Virus record (IMG/VR): IMGVR_UViG_3300007512_002775 | Coordinates: 10,948 to 74,947 of that record | Reading direction: 5' to 3' (one strand) | DNA length: 64,000 nucleotides | From: a virus | Shown: piece after piece, positions 36,084 to 45,127 of the stretch | How positions within the stretch are numbered: the first letter of the stretch is position 1 | Layout of the letters: the number at the start of each line of letters is the position of its first letter | Translations under genes and position numbers: made by a program | Notes under the pieces: generated by a model | Database searches by the model: none | What the model was told of the DNA's origin: nothing | Seen by the model: the letters and a program-made list of their open reading frames with translations, nothing else

Positions 36084-37247
36084 CTATAGCTCCGTAGTTT
36101 GATCCATGGCTTTCTTCAATAACTGCAGTTTTTTCTTTTTAGAAACGGATTGCCATCTATCTAACGCTTTTTCTACTAAGTCATCACTGAGCTCAGCAGC
36201 TTGTTTTAGTGCTGGAATGGCGGCCTCAATCTTGGCGGCCGCTTCCTCTGCAGCCGCGGAATCAAGAGCCCCGCTGGCGACAAGTTTATCTAATTTTCTC
36301 TTAATCACAGCAGGGCTACGTTTTGCACGACCCGAGAGCTGATTAATCACCGTCAATTTCAGCTCCTCAGGAATTCCTAAGTCTTGAATTCTTCCATCCA
36401 GCTCCCGGGCTGCCTCTTTTGCAACCTCCTTATAAGCTGGTAGGACAAAAGAGCTCACGAAAAAAAACCTAAACGAATCTAATTCTTTTACGGCCTGCGG
36501 GACAGCACGGAGCTCTTCTAAATCTTCGCTGTCCAATACTTCGGCGTCTCCCAAGACGTCAATGTATTCCCCTACAGCAAAATTCATGAGTGCTTCTAGA
36601 TCTTCTCTTTTTACTTGTTGGGCAAAATACCCCAGTCTGCTAGTAATACGATTGATCTCTTGGCGTATTCCAGAAGGTCCTGAGTAGCCAAATTCTTGAG
36701 CCAGGTCTTCGAGGCTCATTCCTTCGTCCTCAAGGGGTTCAGCCGATATGGGTTCGACGTCGCCAAAGTAATCTATGCCGCCAGTCCGATATTGATCTAA
36801 TTCAGCCTCTTCTTCAGCGGTCAGTACCTCATAGAGCACACGGCGTATCGCCCTTTTTATAGCTTCTTCTTGCACACTCTCCTCCTCGCCAACGTCTTCC
36901 TCCGTTTGAGGAACGCGATCGTTGGCTTCGTCTACTAATTTATGGAGCTGCTTGTAGTACCACTCCACCTCCTCAGGAGGCACGGCTCGAGCCAACACGC
37001 TAGCAGCGTTGGCGAGTTCTTCCACCGAAACCGGAACAAATTCGTCATCGTCAACAGGGGGTTCTGCAACTGCTAGCTGTACAGCCATGAGTGGAGAAGG
37101 ATCGATCGGATCTGATGTCGATTCGATCTCTTCGTCTTCGACTTCTTCATCAAACTGTGCTTCCGTTGGATTGGGCAACGAATCATATATCCCACGAGAT
37201 TGAACGGCAAACTGCTCGCTTAATGATTGTTTATTGATCTTAGTCAT
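36084..37247 (-). CDS. Hypothetical acidic protein with internal tag and HTH-like segment
   Basis: EEAIKRAIRRVLYE; MSLEDLAQEFGYSGPSGIRQ; ATAATTA upstream. Confidence 0.65.
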   Translation of the reverse strand: MTKINKQSLSEQFAVQSRGIYDSLPNPTEAQFDEEVEDEEIESTSDPIDPSPLMAVQLAVAEPPVDDDEFVPVSVEELANAASVLARAVPPEEVEWYYKQLHKLVDEANDRVPQTEEDVGEEESVQEEAIKRAIRRVLYEVLTAEEEAELDQYRTGGIDYFGDVEPISAEPLEDEGMSLEDLAQEFGYSGPSGIRQEINRITSRLGYFAQQVKREDLEALMNFAVGEYIDVLGDAEVLDSEDLEELRAVPQAVKELDSFRFFFVSSFVLPAYKEVAKEAARELDGRIQDLGIPEELKLTVINQLSGRAKRSPAVIKRKLDKLVASGALDSAAAEEAAAKIEAAIPALKQAAELSDDLVEKALDRWQSVSKKKKLQLLKKAMDQTTEL

Positions 37248-37265
37248 CACATACCTCAATACTAA

Positions 37266-37754
37266 TTATTGAGCTGCCTGGCCAACTGCATAACCAGCGG
37301 CTACAGTAACCAAAATTCCCGAAATAACTCCGGTGGCAAACCAAAACTCTCCAGACTCATACCACGATGGAGGAGACCAGTTCTTCTCCAGAAACCCGAT
37401 CCTCTCATTTTTTATTCTCATTAAAGATTGGAACCTGTTCTCCTCGATTTGCAAACGCAGCGCAAAAGCATCGATCTGCGCCTGCAGGGTCAATGTATTG
37501 AGCTGCAACTCCTTATCCAACCTGAGCTGGCACTCTTCCTGACTGAATTTGAGATCCCCGAACAAGGAAGCCGCGGCGTTTTGAGACAACAAGACTCCAC
37601 TGAACGGCGCAACCTGGCCTTCGGCCAATTGTGTCACTCGACCTTGCGTCAGATCATCGGCAGCGACCTCTTCCGCGCCGACGTTAATCGGCAGATACAG
37701 AATGGCCAGCGCGCACACACACGCAGTCAGCTTACTCCTTCGGCGTGTCAACAA
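37266..37754 (-). CDS. Secreted coiled-coil protein with C-terminal TM (spanin-like)
   Basis: Signal peptide, APFSGVLL, coiled coil, FWFATGVISGILV. Confidence 0.55.
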   Translation of the reverse strand: MLTRRRSKLTACVCALAILYLPINVGAEEVAADDLTQGRVTQLAEGQVAPFSGVLLSQNAAASLFGDLKFSQEECQLRLDKELQLNTLTLQAQIDAFALRLQIEENRFQSLMRIKNERIGFLEKNWSPPSWYESGEFWFATGVISGILVTVAAGYAVGQAAQ

Positions 37755-38109
37755 AATCTGCTCCTATGATATTTGCGATCTTTCTTGCGAGGTCATCATC
37801 CTTCTCAGCATCGTCGATGAAATCCTGCTTCTCGCGCTCTAAATCTGCTTCCTTTTCCTCGGCCGTCTTTTCGATCTCTCTCGCCTTTTTATCTGATTCT
37901 TCGTCGATTTTTTCCAGCCCAGATTCCAGCTTATCTTGAGAATCTCTCAAGGTTCGCAATTCAGCTTCATTGGCGTCCTTGGCGTCCTGGAAATTCTCTC
38001 TATGTTCATCGGACATTGTTTTGAGTCGTAGGAGAACAAGGGAGCCAGTGAGCATCGTTGCCAACGCTCCTACAAAAAACTTCCACTGTTTCTTCATCCA
38101 GTCCCACAT
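37732..38109 (-). CDS. i-spanin-like protein (N-terminal TM + coiled coil)
   Basis: MWDWMKKQWKFFVGALATML then charged coiled coil; follows holin. Confidence 0.55.
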   Translation of the reverse strand: MWDWMKKQWKFFVGALATMLTGSLVLLRLKTMSDEHRENFQDAKDANEAELRTLRDSQDKLESGLEKIDEESDKKAREIEKTAEEKEADLEREKQDFIDDAEKDDDLARKIANIIGADFVDTPKE

Positions 38110-38116
38110 GGCGATA

Positions 38117-38314
38117 TCAGCTACTGCCGTGCTTCCATGCAATTGCAGCATCGACAACGGCTTGCGTCCCAATGTACGCCAACGTAACAGCTACCCAATC
38201 ATTACTAGTCACCACGCCGTACATGCACAAGCCTGTCGCAGTCGACCAAGCTAAGAACTTCCTGCTTATGAATTTTTCAGTATACTTGTCTAAAAATGCT
38301 TTCATCTGTGCCAT
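38117..38314 (-). CDS. Holin-like protein
   Basis: ISRKFL...YIGxQxxxD pattern, two TM; GAGGAG RBS before MAQMK. Confidence 0.65.
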   Translation of the reverse strand: MAQMKAFLDKYTEKFISRKFLAWSTATGLCMYGVVTSNDWVAVTLAYIGTQAVVDAAIAWKHGSS

Positions 38315-38327
38315 CGATAAACTCTCC

Positions 38328-38615
38328 TCAGTTAAGGTATCCATCATCATCTTTTTTAATGTTCCACTTAGAAGAGCGATGCACGCTTTTCTTAGTGGGA
38401 GAATCAACAATCCTAGCAATCACATCCATTTCGCTAGCTAATTCTCGAATAGCAGAAGCAACGCTGACTACGCATGCGCTCAGGGCTGCAATTGCCTCAT
38501 TTGCATCTTGTAATTCTTTTTCTAGTGCAGTAATCTGGGTACGAGCTGCTTCTAGTTCCTCGTGAATATCAGTAGTATCTTCACTCGAAAGGATCGATTT
38601 GAGAAATGACATCAT
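38328..38615 (-). CDS. Hypothetical coiled-coil protein
   Basis: Coupled. Confidence 0.6.
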   Translation of the reverse strand: MMSFLKSILSSEDTTDIHEELEAARTQITALEKELQDANEAIAALSACVVSVASAIRELASEMDVIARIVDSPTKKSVHRSSKWNIKKDDDGYLN

Positions 38616-38871
38616 AAAGATTTTCTGCTTCCTTTTCTGTTACCCGCTTCGTAGCCTTGTCGCGCTTGGCTCTATATACTTCTTTTATTATAGAAGTAGC
38701 ACTCTCATCGTTTTCCCCTACGAGAGAAGCAAACGCCTCGAAAACTTCTTGCATGGAAAGAGAATAGTCGAACAGCATCTTTCTAAATTGGGTATGAGTT
38801 GCTCTGGTAAGATTGATGTGGACAGACTTTTTGGTCTCTAAATCGATTAATTTTCGAGTAACATCATCCAA
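38581..38871 (-). CDS. Hypothetical, possible ribbon-helix-helix protein
   Basis: KKSVHINLTRATHTQFR...LSMQEV. Confidence 0.5.
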   Translation of the reverse strand: MDDVTRKLIDLETKKSVHINLTRATHTQFRKMLFDYSLSMQEVFEAFASLVGENDESATSIIKEVYRAKRDKATKRVTEKEAENLYDVISQIDPFE

Positions 38872-39535
38872 CTGCTGCTGCTCCTCCTGGAACTGCTCCT
38901 ACCGCGATCGGAGTCTCGAGATCAGAGGAGGGAACATCTTGAGGTTCAACTACGTCGATGTCATGCTTATCCGCTAGGATGCCCAATAATTCTTTTTCAG
39001 CTAATTCTCCATATCTAGTCATAATAAACTCACGGGATTTATTGACTAGCATCTTTTCCATGTCTAGTAAAGAAGTATAGTTTTTAACTAAACGAGCCAC
39101 CTCAGCAGCAAACCTGTCCAAATCCAATTCTTGTTCGTACGTTGTATCTTCTTCTTGTTCCAATAAAAACTGCAACGAAAGATCGCCTTCTATGGTGATC
39201 GTAGCTTCTTCCGAAGTATCTTCGATTTCTTGACTCTTGCGTGCCTGAGCTTCGAAGTCAATAAGTAGTGCTTCTAAATCCTGATCGATGGATTTAGAGA
39301 GTTTCACTTCATCCTCGGGAGCAGCCGTTTCCTCGGGCTCCTCTCCCTCACCTTCACCTTCGCCTTCGCCCTCGCCTTCGCCTTCGGCAGCGCCTTCGTC
39401 AGGCGTGACTTCGGCCTCGGTCTCGTCAGGAGCAGGGGCTTCCTCTTCTCCTCCGAAGATGTCCTCTTCTTGTTCGAAAAGCCAGCCGCGAAGAGGTTTT
39501 TGTTCGTAGATAAACTTTACAGATTTGGTTTTCAT
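38864..39535 (-). CDS. Hypothetical acidic protein with GE repeat
   Basis: LFEQE, LLEQE; (GE)n tract. Confidence 0.65.
   Translation of the reverse strand: MKTKSVKFIYEQKPLRGWLFEQEEDIFGGEEEAPAPDETEAEVTPDEGAAEGEGEGEGEGEGEGEEPEETAAPEDEVKLSKSIDQDLEALLIDFEAQARKSQEIEDTSEEATITIEGDLSLQFLLEQEEDTTYEQELDLDRFAAEVARLVKNYTSLLDMEKMLVNKSREFIMTRYGELAEKELLGILADKHDIDVVEPQDVPSSDLETPIAVGAVPGGAAAVG
39341..39386 (-). repeat. Coding hexamer tandem repeat encoding (Glu-Gly)n
   Basis: ccttcg/ccttca/ccctcg units. Confidence 0.8.
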
Positions 39536-39551
39536 TCTAGCTCCATCTTCA

Positions 39552-40232
39552 TTATGCTCTAAATAATTGACCTACTTTGTCTGCTCGACGGAAGCGCTTT
39601 TCAATGTGGGCCCAATTCAGTTCTTTCATCATGGCAAGCACGTACGTCCTACTATTATCTAAATAGTCGCGATAATAGGCACCTACGTTCATATCCATCA
39701 CAATGATCGGAAGAACTCCTATGCCAACATTTTTAGCCTCTTCATCAACAACAAAATTAATATACCTCTGGAGAAAAACCGAATAACCGGTGATGGCATA
39801 GCCGTCTCTAGAAGACATACAGCAAGCGATGAAGTCTCGCTGCCACGCATCAAACGTCCCAAAATCTCTCTCCAGCCGGATAAAAGCAATGGAGTCCATG
39901 GTGATTTGGCTACTCAGATCGCTAATATTTTCGAAATACATTGCCCTTAAAAACGAAGCGTTCATGTTGTATACTTCATCTAACTTCAGAGAACGGTAGT
40001 CACTAGATTTATTGTTGGCGTTTTCGCGATCCGCCCCATCTAATTCTGCACTCACCTTGTTCAGCGCAGCCACAAATTCCTCAAACTCTTGACGCTGCGC
40101 TGTTTTGGTGGCATCGCTCAGTAGATCTGTCTTTAAATCAAATTGTTTGGGTTCGGTAACGTAAGCTTCCTCTATCGTCTTCCCTATTGTTGAATTGATC
40201 GATCTAACAACCTCTCTCTTTAAATCTTTCAT
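39552..40232 (-). CDS. Fe/Mn superoxide-dismutase-like protein with degenerate metal ligands
   Basis: YFENI, LERDFGTFDAW, PIIVMDM...AYYRDY...Y...LNW. Confidence 0.75.
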   Translation of the reverse strand: MKDLKREVVRSINSTIGKTIEEAYVTEPKQFDLKTDLLSDATKTAQRQEFEEFVAALNKVSAELDGADRENANNKSSDYRSLKLDEVYNMNASFLRAMYFENISDLSSQITMDSIAFIRLERDFGTFDAWQRDFIACCMSSRDGYAITGYSVFLQRYINFVVDEEAKNVGIGVLPIIVMDMNVGAYYRDYLDNSRTYVLAMMKELNWAHIEKRFRRADKVGQLFRA

Positions 40233-40598
40233 CTATTTTACCTCGTAGTCGCTTTCGAATTCATCTTGATTCACAGCCAATAGTTCATCTTCGCCTAAAG
40301 GCGGTTGGCTCGGATCTAGATCACCATCGCCCGGGTCTATGATGTAGAGACCGTCAGGATCCACTTCATAAAGAACTTTCTCATGTATTCGGACGTCTTG
40401 AATGACTTCAGGGTCTTCTGGCGGCGGGTCAAACCTCGGCTCTTCGGGCATCCGGAGGATTATTTGGATGTCCCCATTCGGCTCTTCGATGACGTTATCG
40501 ACTGTATACTCGTATTGAGACGCTTTATGGCGTACTTTCAAACCCGGGGAAATAATCACATTACCCGCTTCGTCCCTGACGTCTGTTTCACCTAACAT
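40233..40598 (-). CDS. Hypothetical protein
   Basis: Coupled; GAAGGAG RBS. Confidence 0.65.
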   Translation of the reverse strand: MLGETDVRDEAGNVIISPGLKVRHKASQYEYTVDNVIEEPNGDIQIILRMPEEPRFDPPPEDPEVIQDVRIHEKVLYEVDPDGLYIIDPGDGDLDPSQPPLGEDELLAVNQDEFESDYEVK

Positions 40599-42901
40599 TA
40601 TTTCTCCTTCAAACCGGCCAACTCGACCCAACGGACTCCTTCCTCAGAGCTTTCGTGCGTTTCCAGCAACGATCGTTGAGGGGTAGGACCTAGTAGCACT
40701 TCAACCAGTCGGCCTCGCTCATAATAAACACTCTCCTGTTGAGTAAACGTACCAAACGCCGGGGCTTGTGTCGCTGCCCTACCGCGCCTTTTGACGCGTC
40801 GAGTTGTACGAGTCTGTTCTTCCGAAGACTCTTGACGCTCGGCTGCAGGTTCTTTCTTCTTGGCCGGCTTCTTTTCAGCCGCCGGACGGCGACCTTCCGC
40901 CCTCTCCTTTCTACGGACTCTGTCGCCCAGAGAATCTGTATTATCTGTAGGCTTTACTTCGACTCCCACCTTTTTGGCACGATCTATCATGGCTTGCGTA
41001 GGCTTGCCAGGCTTTTTACGCTTTTTCTTGGCTTCGCCTGTTTTTTCTTCTGAACTGCTGGCCGAAGTGCTAACGTCTTCCTCTTCTATCTCTATTTCGG
41101 CGCTCATCTCTACTGCTGCGTCGAGAGCGGCACGGGCATTGACGCCGGCTTCCTTTGCGACATCTACTGCAGCTTGCATATTGCCATCGGCGATTGCTTG
41201 CGTGAAATTAATCGTCTGCTGGCGTGACATTCCTACATCGTCCATGTAACGATCGAACTGCCTTTCAGCCGCCGCATCTCTTTTCTCCAAGTAACTCAAC
41301 AGCGTGCCCAGATTGTCCGCCTCGCCGGCAGCAGCTTGAGCAGCTTGCTTAACATCTTCAGACGGTATACCGGTTATTATCACATCATATTGATTCTGCA
41401 GTCGTGTAGCTAAGTCTCTAGCCAAGGTTGCGACTTTATCATCAGCAACACCTTGATCCTTGATGGACTTTTCCACGTCCTTAAACATGATCGCCTCAGA
41501 TAATAGCACTCTCTGCAGCGAAGATTGATATACCCAGCCGGCCGTCTTCTTGATCTGCTTACGTTCAAACAGGGCGTCCGTCAAGGAATGGTGGTGTACC
41601 CACGATTCTTCAGTTACGTCTCCTGATTGGGGCTTCTGGGTTGGGGCTTCGGCGGGGGGTCCTGGGTCTACTTCTGCTTCTTGCGCTACTTCCTCGGCCT
41701 CGTCAGGATCGAAGATGACAATCTTGGATTTGGGGTCATCGTTAATGAGTGCCGCCAGTTCCGGAGTCATGCCGGCGACATCTTCAGGGGCAGTAACCTT
41801 TCTTTCAAGGTCACCGATGGACACCAACTCCATGCCCTTGAGGTCATCTGCACTGTCTGTTCTCTGGCCAGGCGTCATCTGTTGGACGGCTGTGGGAGAA
41901 GCGGGGACTGTTCCCACGCCGGGTACATTGACTGTTTGAGAAGCTCCGGCTACAGTACTGCCACCCGCGACTGCCGTGGCGTCGCCAGTCGCCAAAGCTT
42001 GAAGATCTGTGGATATGGCGGTCGCGGCCGCTTGGGCCTGTTGCTTCTCTGCCTCTGCTTCTGCTCTTTTAGCTTCTAGCTCTTTGGCCTTGTTAATAAT
42101 CTGTTCGAGAGAAGTGTCCAACAGATCGTTGGCGAACTCCTTAGAAGATAGAGTTTGGCCCTTGAAAAACGCTGCTACTTTACCCAAATACCCTTCTGGT
42201 GCCTTGGGCTCCTTGAAGGAATTCTGCGCAGCTTTTGTTAGTAAGCCAGCGTCTGGAAACTTAATACCTTTTGCCCATGTCATAAACTTATTCGAGGCTA
42301 TGTCTCGAATAGGAAAATCTTTGAAAGCTTTCACTGCCTGATCCACGGCTTCTTCGGGAGATAACGTGGTTCCTTTATCATCAACTTCAATTGTGCCAGT
42401 ATCCGTTCCTTTCATCCAGAACTCAGCAGCTTCCTCAGCAGCTGCCAAGGGATCCTCCGAATACGGCAGCTTCGCCAATTCAGATCCAAAAAGAACTATA
42501 GCGTCATAAAAAGAATCTCTGACATTGTTTATGTTGGTGATCGCCGTGGTGATCTTTCCAATCTGCTTTGCGGACTCTTGGGGGTCCCCCTTGAGAGCCA
42601 CCTTGACCAAAGACAGGTTACCAGGTAGTGATTTTTTGAGATTGGCGAGGTACTTAGTAGTTCTTTCGAATCCGAGCTCACCGACATCAACGATCAATTC
42701 ATCGATGGTCTCGCCGGCAGCCTTTGACATCTGATCTAGTTTTTCTAGTTCTTTTCTATCTATCTTCTCAACGAGAACGCGACCGATAGAACCCTCTAAA
42801 AGGCCTGTTTCTACTGCACGCGCATAATCTAACTGAGCCCAGACCTTCCTTGCTATATTCTCGAGAAAGACCTCAGATTGGTTGGAGTTTATTTTTGGCA
42901 T
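40598..42901 (-). CDS. Large hypothetical protein, probable virion internal protein
   Basis: Many LLE/LFE/LSE/LVE sites; ends RWVELAGL. Confidence 0.65.
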   Translation of the reverse strand: MPKINSNQSEVFLENIARKVWAQLDYARAVETGLLEGSIGRVLVEKIDRKELEKLDQMSKAAGETIDELIVDVGELGFERTTKYLANLKKSLPGNLSLVKVALKGDPQESAKQIGKITTAITNINNVRDSFYDAIVLFGSELAKLPYSEDPLAAAEEAAEFWMKGTDTGTIEVDDKGTTLSPEEAVDQAVKAFKDFPIRDIASNKFMTWAKGIKFPDAGLLTKAAQNSFKEPKAPEGYLGKVAAFFKGQTLSSKEFANDLLDTSLEQIINKAKELEAKRAEAEAEKQQAQAAATAISTDLQALATGDATAVAGGSTVAGASQTVNVPGVGTVPASPTAVQQMTPGQRTDSADDLKGMELVSIGDLERKVTAPEDVAGMTPELAALINDDPKSKIVIFDPDEAEEVAQEAEVDPGPPAEAPTQKPQSGDVTEESWVHHHSLTDALFERKQIKKTAGWVYQSSLQRVLLSEAIMFKDVEKSIKDQGVADDKVATLARDLATRLQNQYDVIITGIPSEDVKQAAQAAAGEADNLGTLLSYLEKRDAAAERQFDRYMDDVGMSRQQTINFTQAIADGNMQAAVDVAKEAGVNARAALDAAVEMSAEIEIEEEDVSTSASSSEEKTGEAKKKRKKPGKPTQAMIDRAKKVGVEVKPTDNTDSLGDRVRRKERAEGRRPAAEKKPAKKKEPAAERQESSEEQTRTTRRVKRRGRAATQAPAFGTFTQQESVYYERGRLVEVLLGPTPQRSLLETHESSEEGVRWVELAGLKEK

Positions 42902-42972
42902 CCTATAAAAATCCTCTTACGCATAACACAGCCCTATTTATTACTTATTATCGAGTAGGACCAAAGGACCTG

Positions 42973-43374
42973 TTAGAGTTTCCTCACGCTAACATTTGAT
43001 GCTTTTAAAATATCAACACTAGACATATCGCGATATTCTTCGCTAAAAACGACTTCATCAATTCCTGCGTTAATGATTGCTTTAGCGCACATGCGGCATG
43101 GCGAGAGCGTAATATACATGATTTTTCGTTTGGGGTTGTTGTAATCTAACTTGAGTAAAGCATTGATCTCTGCGTGGATAAACCCGCTCTGGCCAGGCTC
43201 GTCAGTTTCAGGCTCGTTAGGACCTCCAGAATAATTTCCATTGTAACCCACTGCCAATACTTGAGTATTGTCAGCCGCAACTACGATAGCGCCTACTTGA
43301 AAACGAGGATCATATGATCGCTGGGAGATGGTGCCAGCTGTCGCCATCCAGACTTCGTCCCAATCAGGCCTCAT
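42973..43374 (-). CDS. dCMP deaminase
   Basis: RPDWDE, VGA, GYNG, HAEINA, TLSPCRMC. Confidence 0.92.
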   Translation of the reverse strand: MRPDWDEVWMATAGTISQRSYDPRFQVGAIVVAADNTQVLAVGYNGNYSGGPNEPETDEPGQSGFIHAEINALLKLDYNNPKRKIMYITLSPCRMCAKAIINAGIDEVVFSEEYRDMSSVDILKASNVSVRKL

Positions 43375-43376
43375 GG

Positions 43377-44393
43377 CTATGCACCTTTTTCAGAATCGGA
43401 GCCGCTAGCAACTTCTTGAACAGAAAGCTTCTTCTTCTCGGCATCGAGAACCACATCGACGCCAGCTTCTTCAGCTTTTTTCATCAATTCCTCGATCTCC
43501 GGTTGGATCTCCTCGACAGCCTCGTTGACTAGTTCCAAGACTTCTTCGTCGCCTTCCTCTTCGACGTCGAATAGGTCGTCCACCAGAGCATCTCCCGGCA
43601 GGCCAAAGCCAGCAGCCTTTTTGTGGCCGCCGCCACCAAAGCGTTTGGCAATCTCAGAAACATCGATCCTATCATGGAACGCACGCAAGCTCACCTTGAT
43701 GTTCCTGTCTTCGTGATCGTAGAACCATATCATCGCAAAATCGCAATCCGGCGACAGCCTTGCTCCGATCTCGGACATCCAGTGTGAGGCATTGACCACC
43801 ATCACGTCCATCCCTTCGAACTTGCGGTGGACGGCCTTCTCACACACCTTTTTGACCACAGTCTTAGAATAGGCAAGAATGTAAGAACCTCTCTTCACCG
43901 CATCATCGAATACCGAGTCGTCTTCGTACTTCTCGAACTCCTCGAACTCAAAGGGCACCATGTCAAAGGCCGCGGCGAACTCCTTCGAGTAAGGCAGTTC
44001 CCACTTCCATAGATCTCGATCCTCGATGTAATCGATGAACTTGGGTGCTTCCTTGCCAGGGTGAAAGAAGTCCCAAGCCAAACGCGCGCCTGAGTGCTTC
44101 ATGTCGAAATGTGTATTAGAAATATCGTGAAGCTCTACCATAGCAGACTTGTGGTGGTCAATGACGATCAGGCCCTCGGCATCTTTTATCATCTGCTTGG
44201 TGGTCGCATTATCAAACGAAAAGTCCAAAATTGCTACTGTCTTACCTTTGACGTCAGGTGGTGGCGTACCGTGCTTGCTGGCGTGGTACTCTGCTCGATT
44301 GCCCAATAGCTTCCAAGCCGCGTACGCAGCACCGAAGCCATCAGTACAGTCTTTATGATAAATTAGTAAGTCTATTGAACTGGGTTCTAGCAT
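43377..44393 (-). CDS. DHH/DHHA1 phosphoesterase
   Basis: YHxxCxDG, LDF, IDHH, EDRDLW, SLR, GGGGH. Confidence 0.88.
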   Translation of the reverse strand: MLEPSSIDLLIYHKDCTDGFGAAYAAWKLLGNRAEYHASKHGTPPPDVKGKTVAILDFSFDNATTKQMIKDAEGLIVIDHHKSAMVELHDISNTHFDMKHSGARLAWDFFHPGKEAPKFIDYIEDRDLWKWELPYSKEFAAAFDMVPFEFEEFEKYEDDSVFDDAVKRGSYILAYSKTVVKKVCEKAVHRKFEGMDVMVVNASHWMSEIGARLSPDCDFAMIWFYDHEDRNIKVSLRAFHDRIDVSEIAKRFGGGGHKKAAGFGLPGDALVDDLFDVEEEGDEEVLELVNEAVEEIQPEIEELMKKAEEAGVDVVLDAEKKKLSVQEVASGSDSEKGA

Positions 44394-44950
44394 TAGTCAC
44401 CGTCATACAGATCATTTACAAATGGTGTCTCCGACCAAGCTCTCGGTTCATACATATCAGCTCCACCAACCTCGATCTCTGCAAGATTGTCGATTTTCCT
44501 CACTGTATAGTACGCATTATCACCAGTTTTTACACATACTGCGGGACAAACTTCAATCTTAGTGGCCCAAGGGAGCATCTCCTTTACTTCGTGGAAAACG
44601 TTTCCTGATGCCGAAATCTGGATTGAGGAAGCAACGATCGTCTTGCCCTGCTTAAACAAGTCGATGAGGGCCGTCGCGCAGTCGTCTATCATGAATGCTT
44701 CATCGATGCCGATCACATCATAACCGATACTGTGCGCCACGATGTCCTCTCCGTTGTTAACGTTGATCGCCGGAAACCTGAGGCCAGCATGAGTACAGAT
44801 CTCGCCTTCCTCATAACGATCATCCATCTTCGGCTTGAAGGCCACAACCCGCTTGTTTTGATAAGAACAGCGCTCGAGAACCGAAAGCATCCTCGTCGTC
44901 TTAGAACCAAACATCGGGCCCGTGAACACTATGAATTCTGGATTTTTCAC
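44393..44950 (-). CDS. tdk: Thymidine kinase (type II)
   Basis: GPMFGSKTT, DDRY, IDEA, VGGxxxYEP. Confidence 0.92.
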   Translation of the reverse strand: MKNPEFIVFTGPMFGSKTTRMLSVLERCSYQNKRVVAFKPKMDDRYEEGEICTHAGLRFPAINVNNGEDIVAHSIGYDVIGIDEAFMIDDCATALIDLFKQGKTIVASSIQISASGNVFHEVKEMLPWATKIEVCPAVCVKTGDNAYYTVRKIDNLAEIEVGGADMYEPRAWSETPFVNDLYDGD

Positions 44951-44980
44951 TCGGTGGCAGCCTCCGTTAATATAATAACG

Positions 44981-45009
44981 ATTATATCCAATTATTCAGA
45001 CAATTTACA
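44981..45009 (-). promoter_or_regulatory. Class A promoter (TGTAAA-N17-TATAAT)
   Basis: Exact motif upstream of tdk. Confidence 0.7.
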
Positions 45010-45036
45010 TCAATTATTGTATTCTGTCCTCATGAT

Positions 45037-45066
45037 AATATAAAATGAGGGCACCGCGGTGCCCTC
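45037..45066 (-). terminator. Intrinsic terminator ending the modification operon
   Basis: Perfect palindrome GAGGGCACCGCGGTGCCCTC (45047-45066) followed by ATTTTATATT on the minus strand. Confidence 0.7.
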
Positions 45067-45127
45067 TGTGGTTAGAACGCTTAAGCACGTGCTAAGTAGC
45101 GTTCATATACAATCGATTCGAAGTGCT

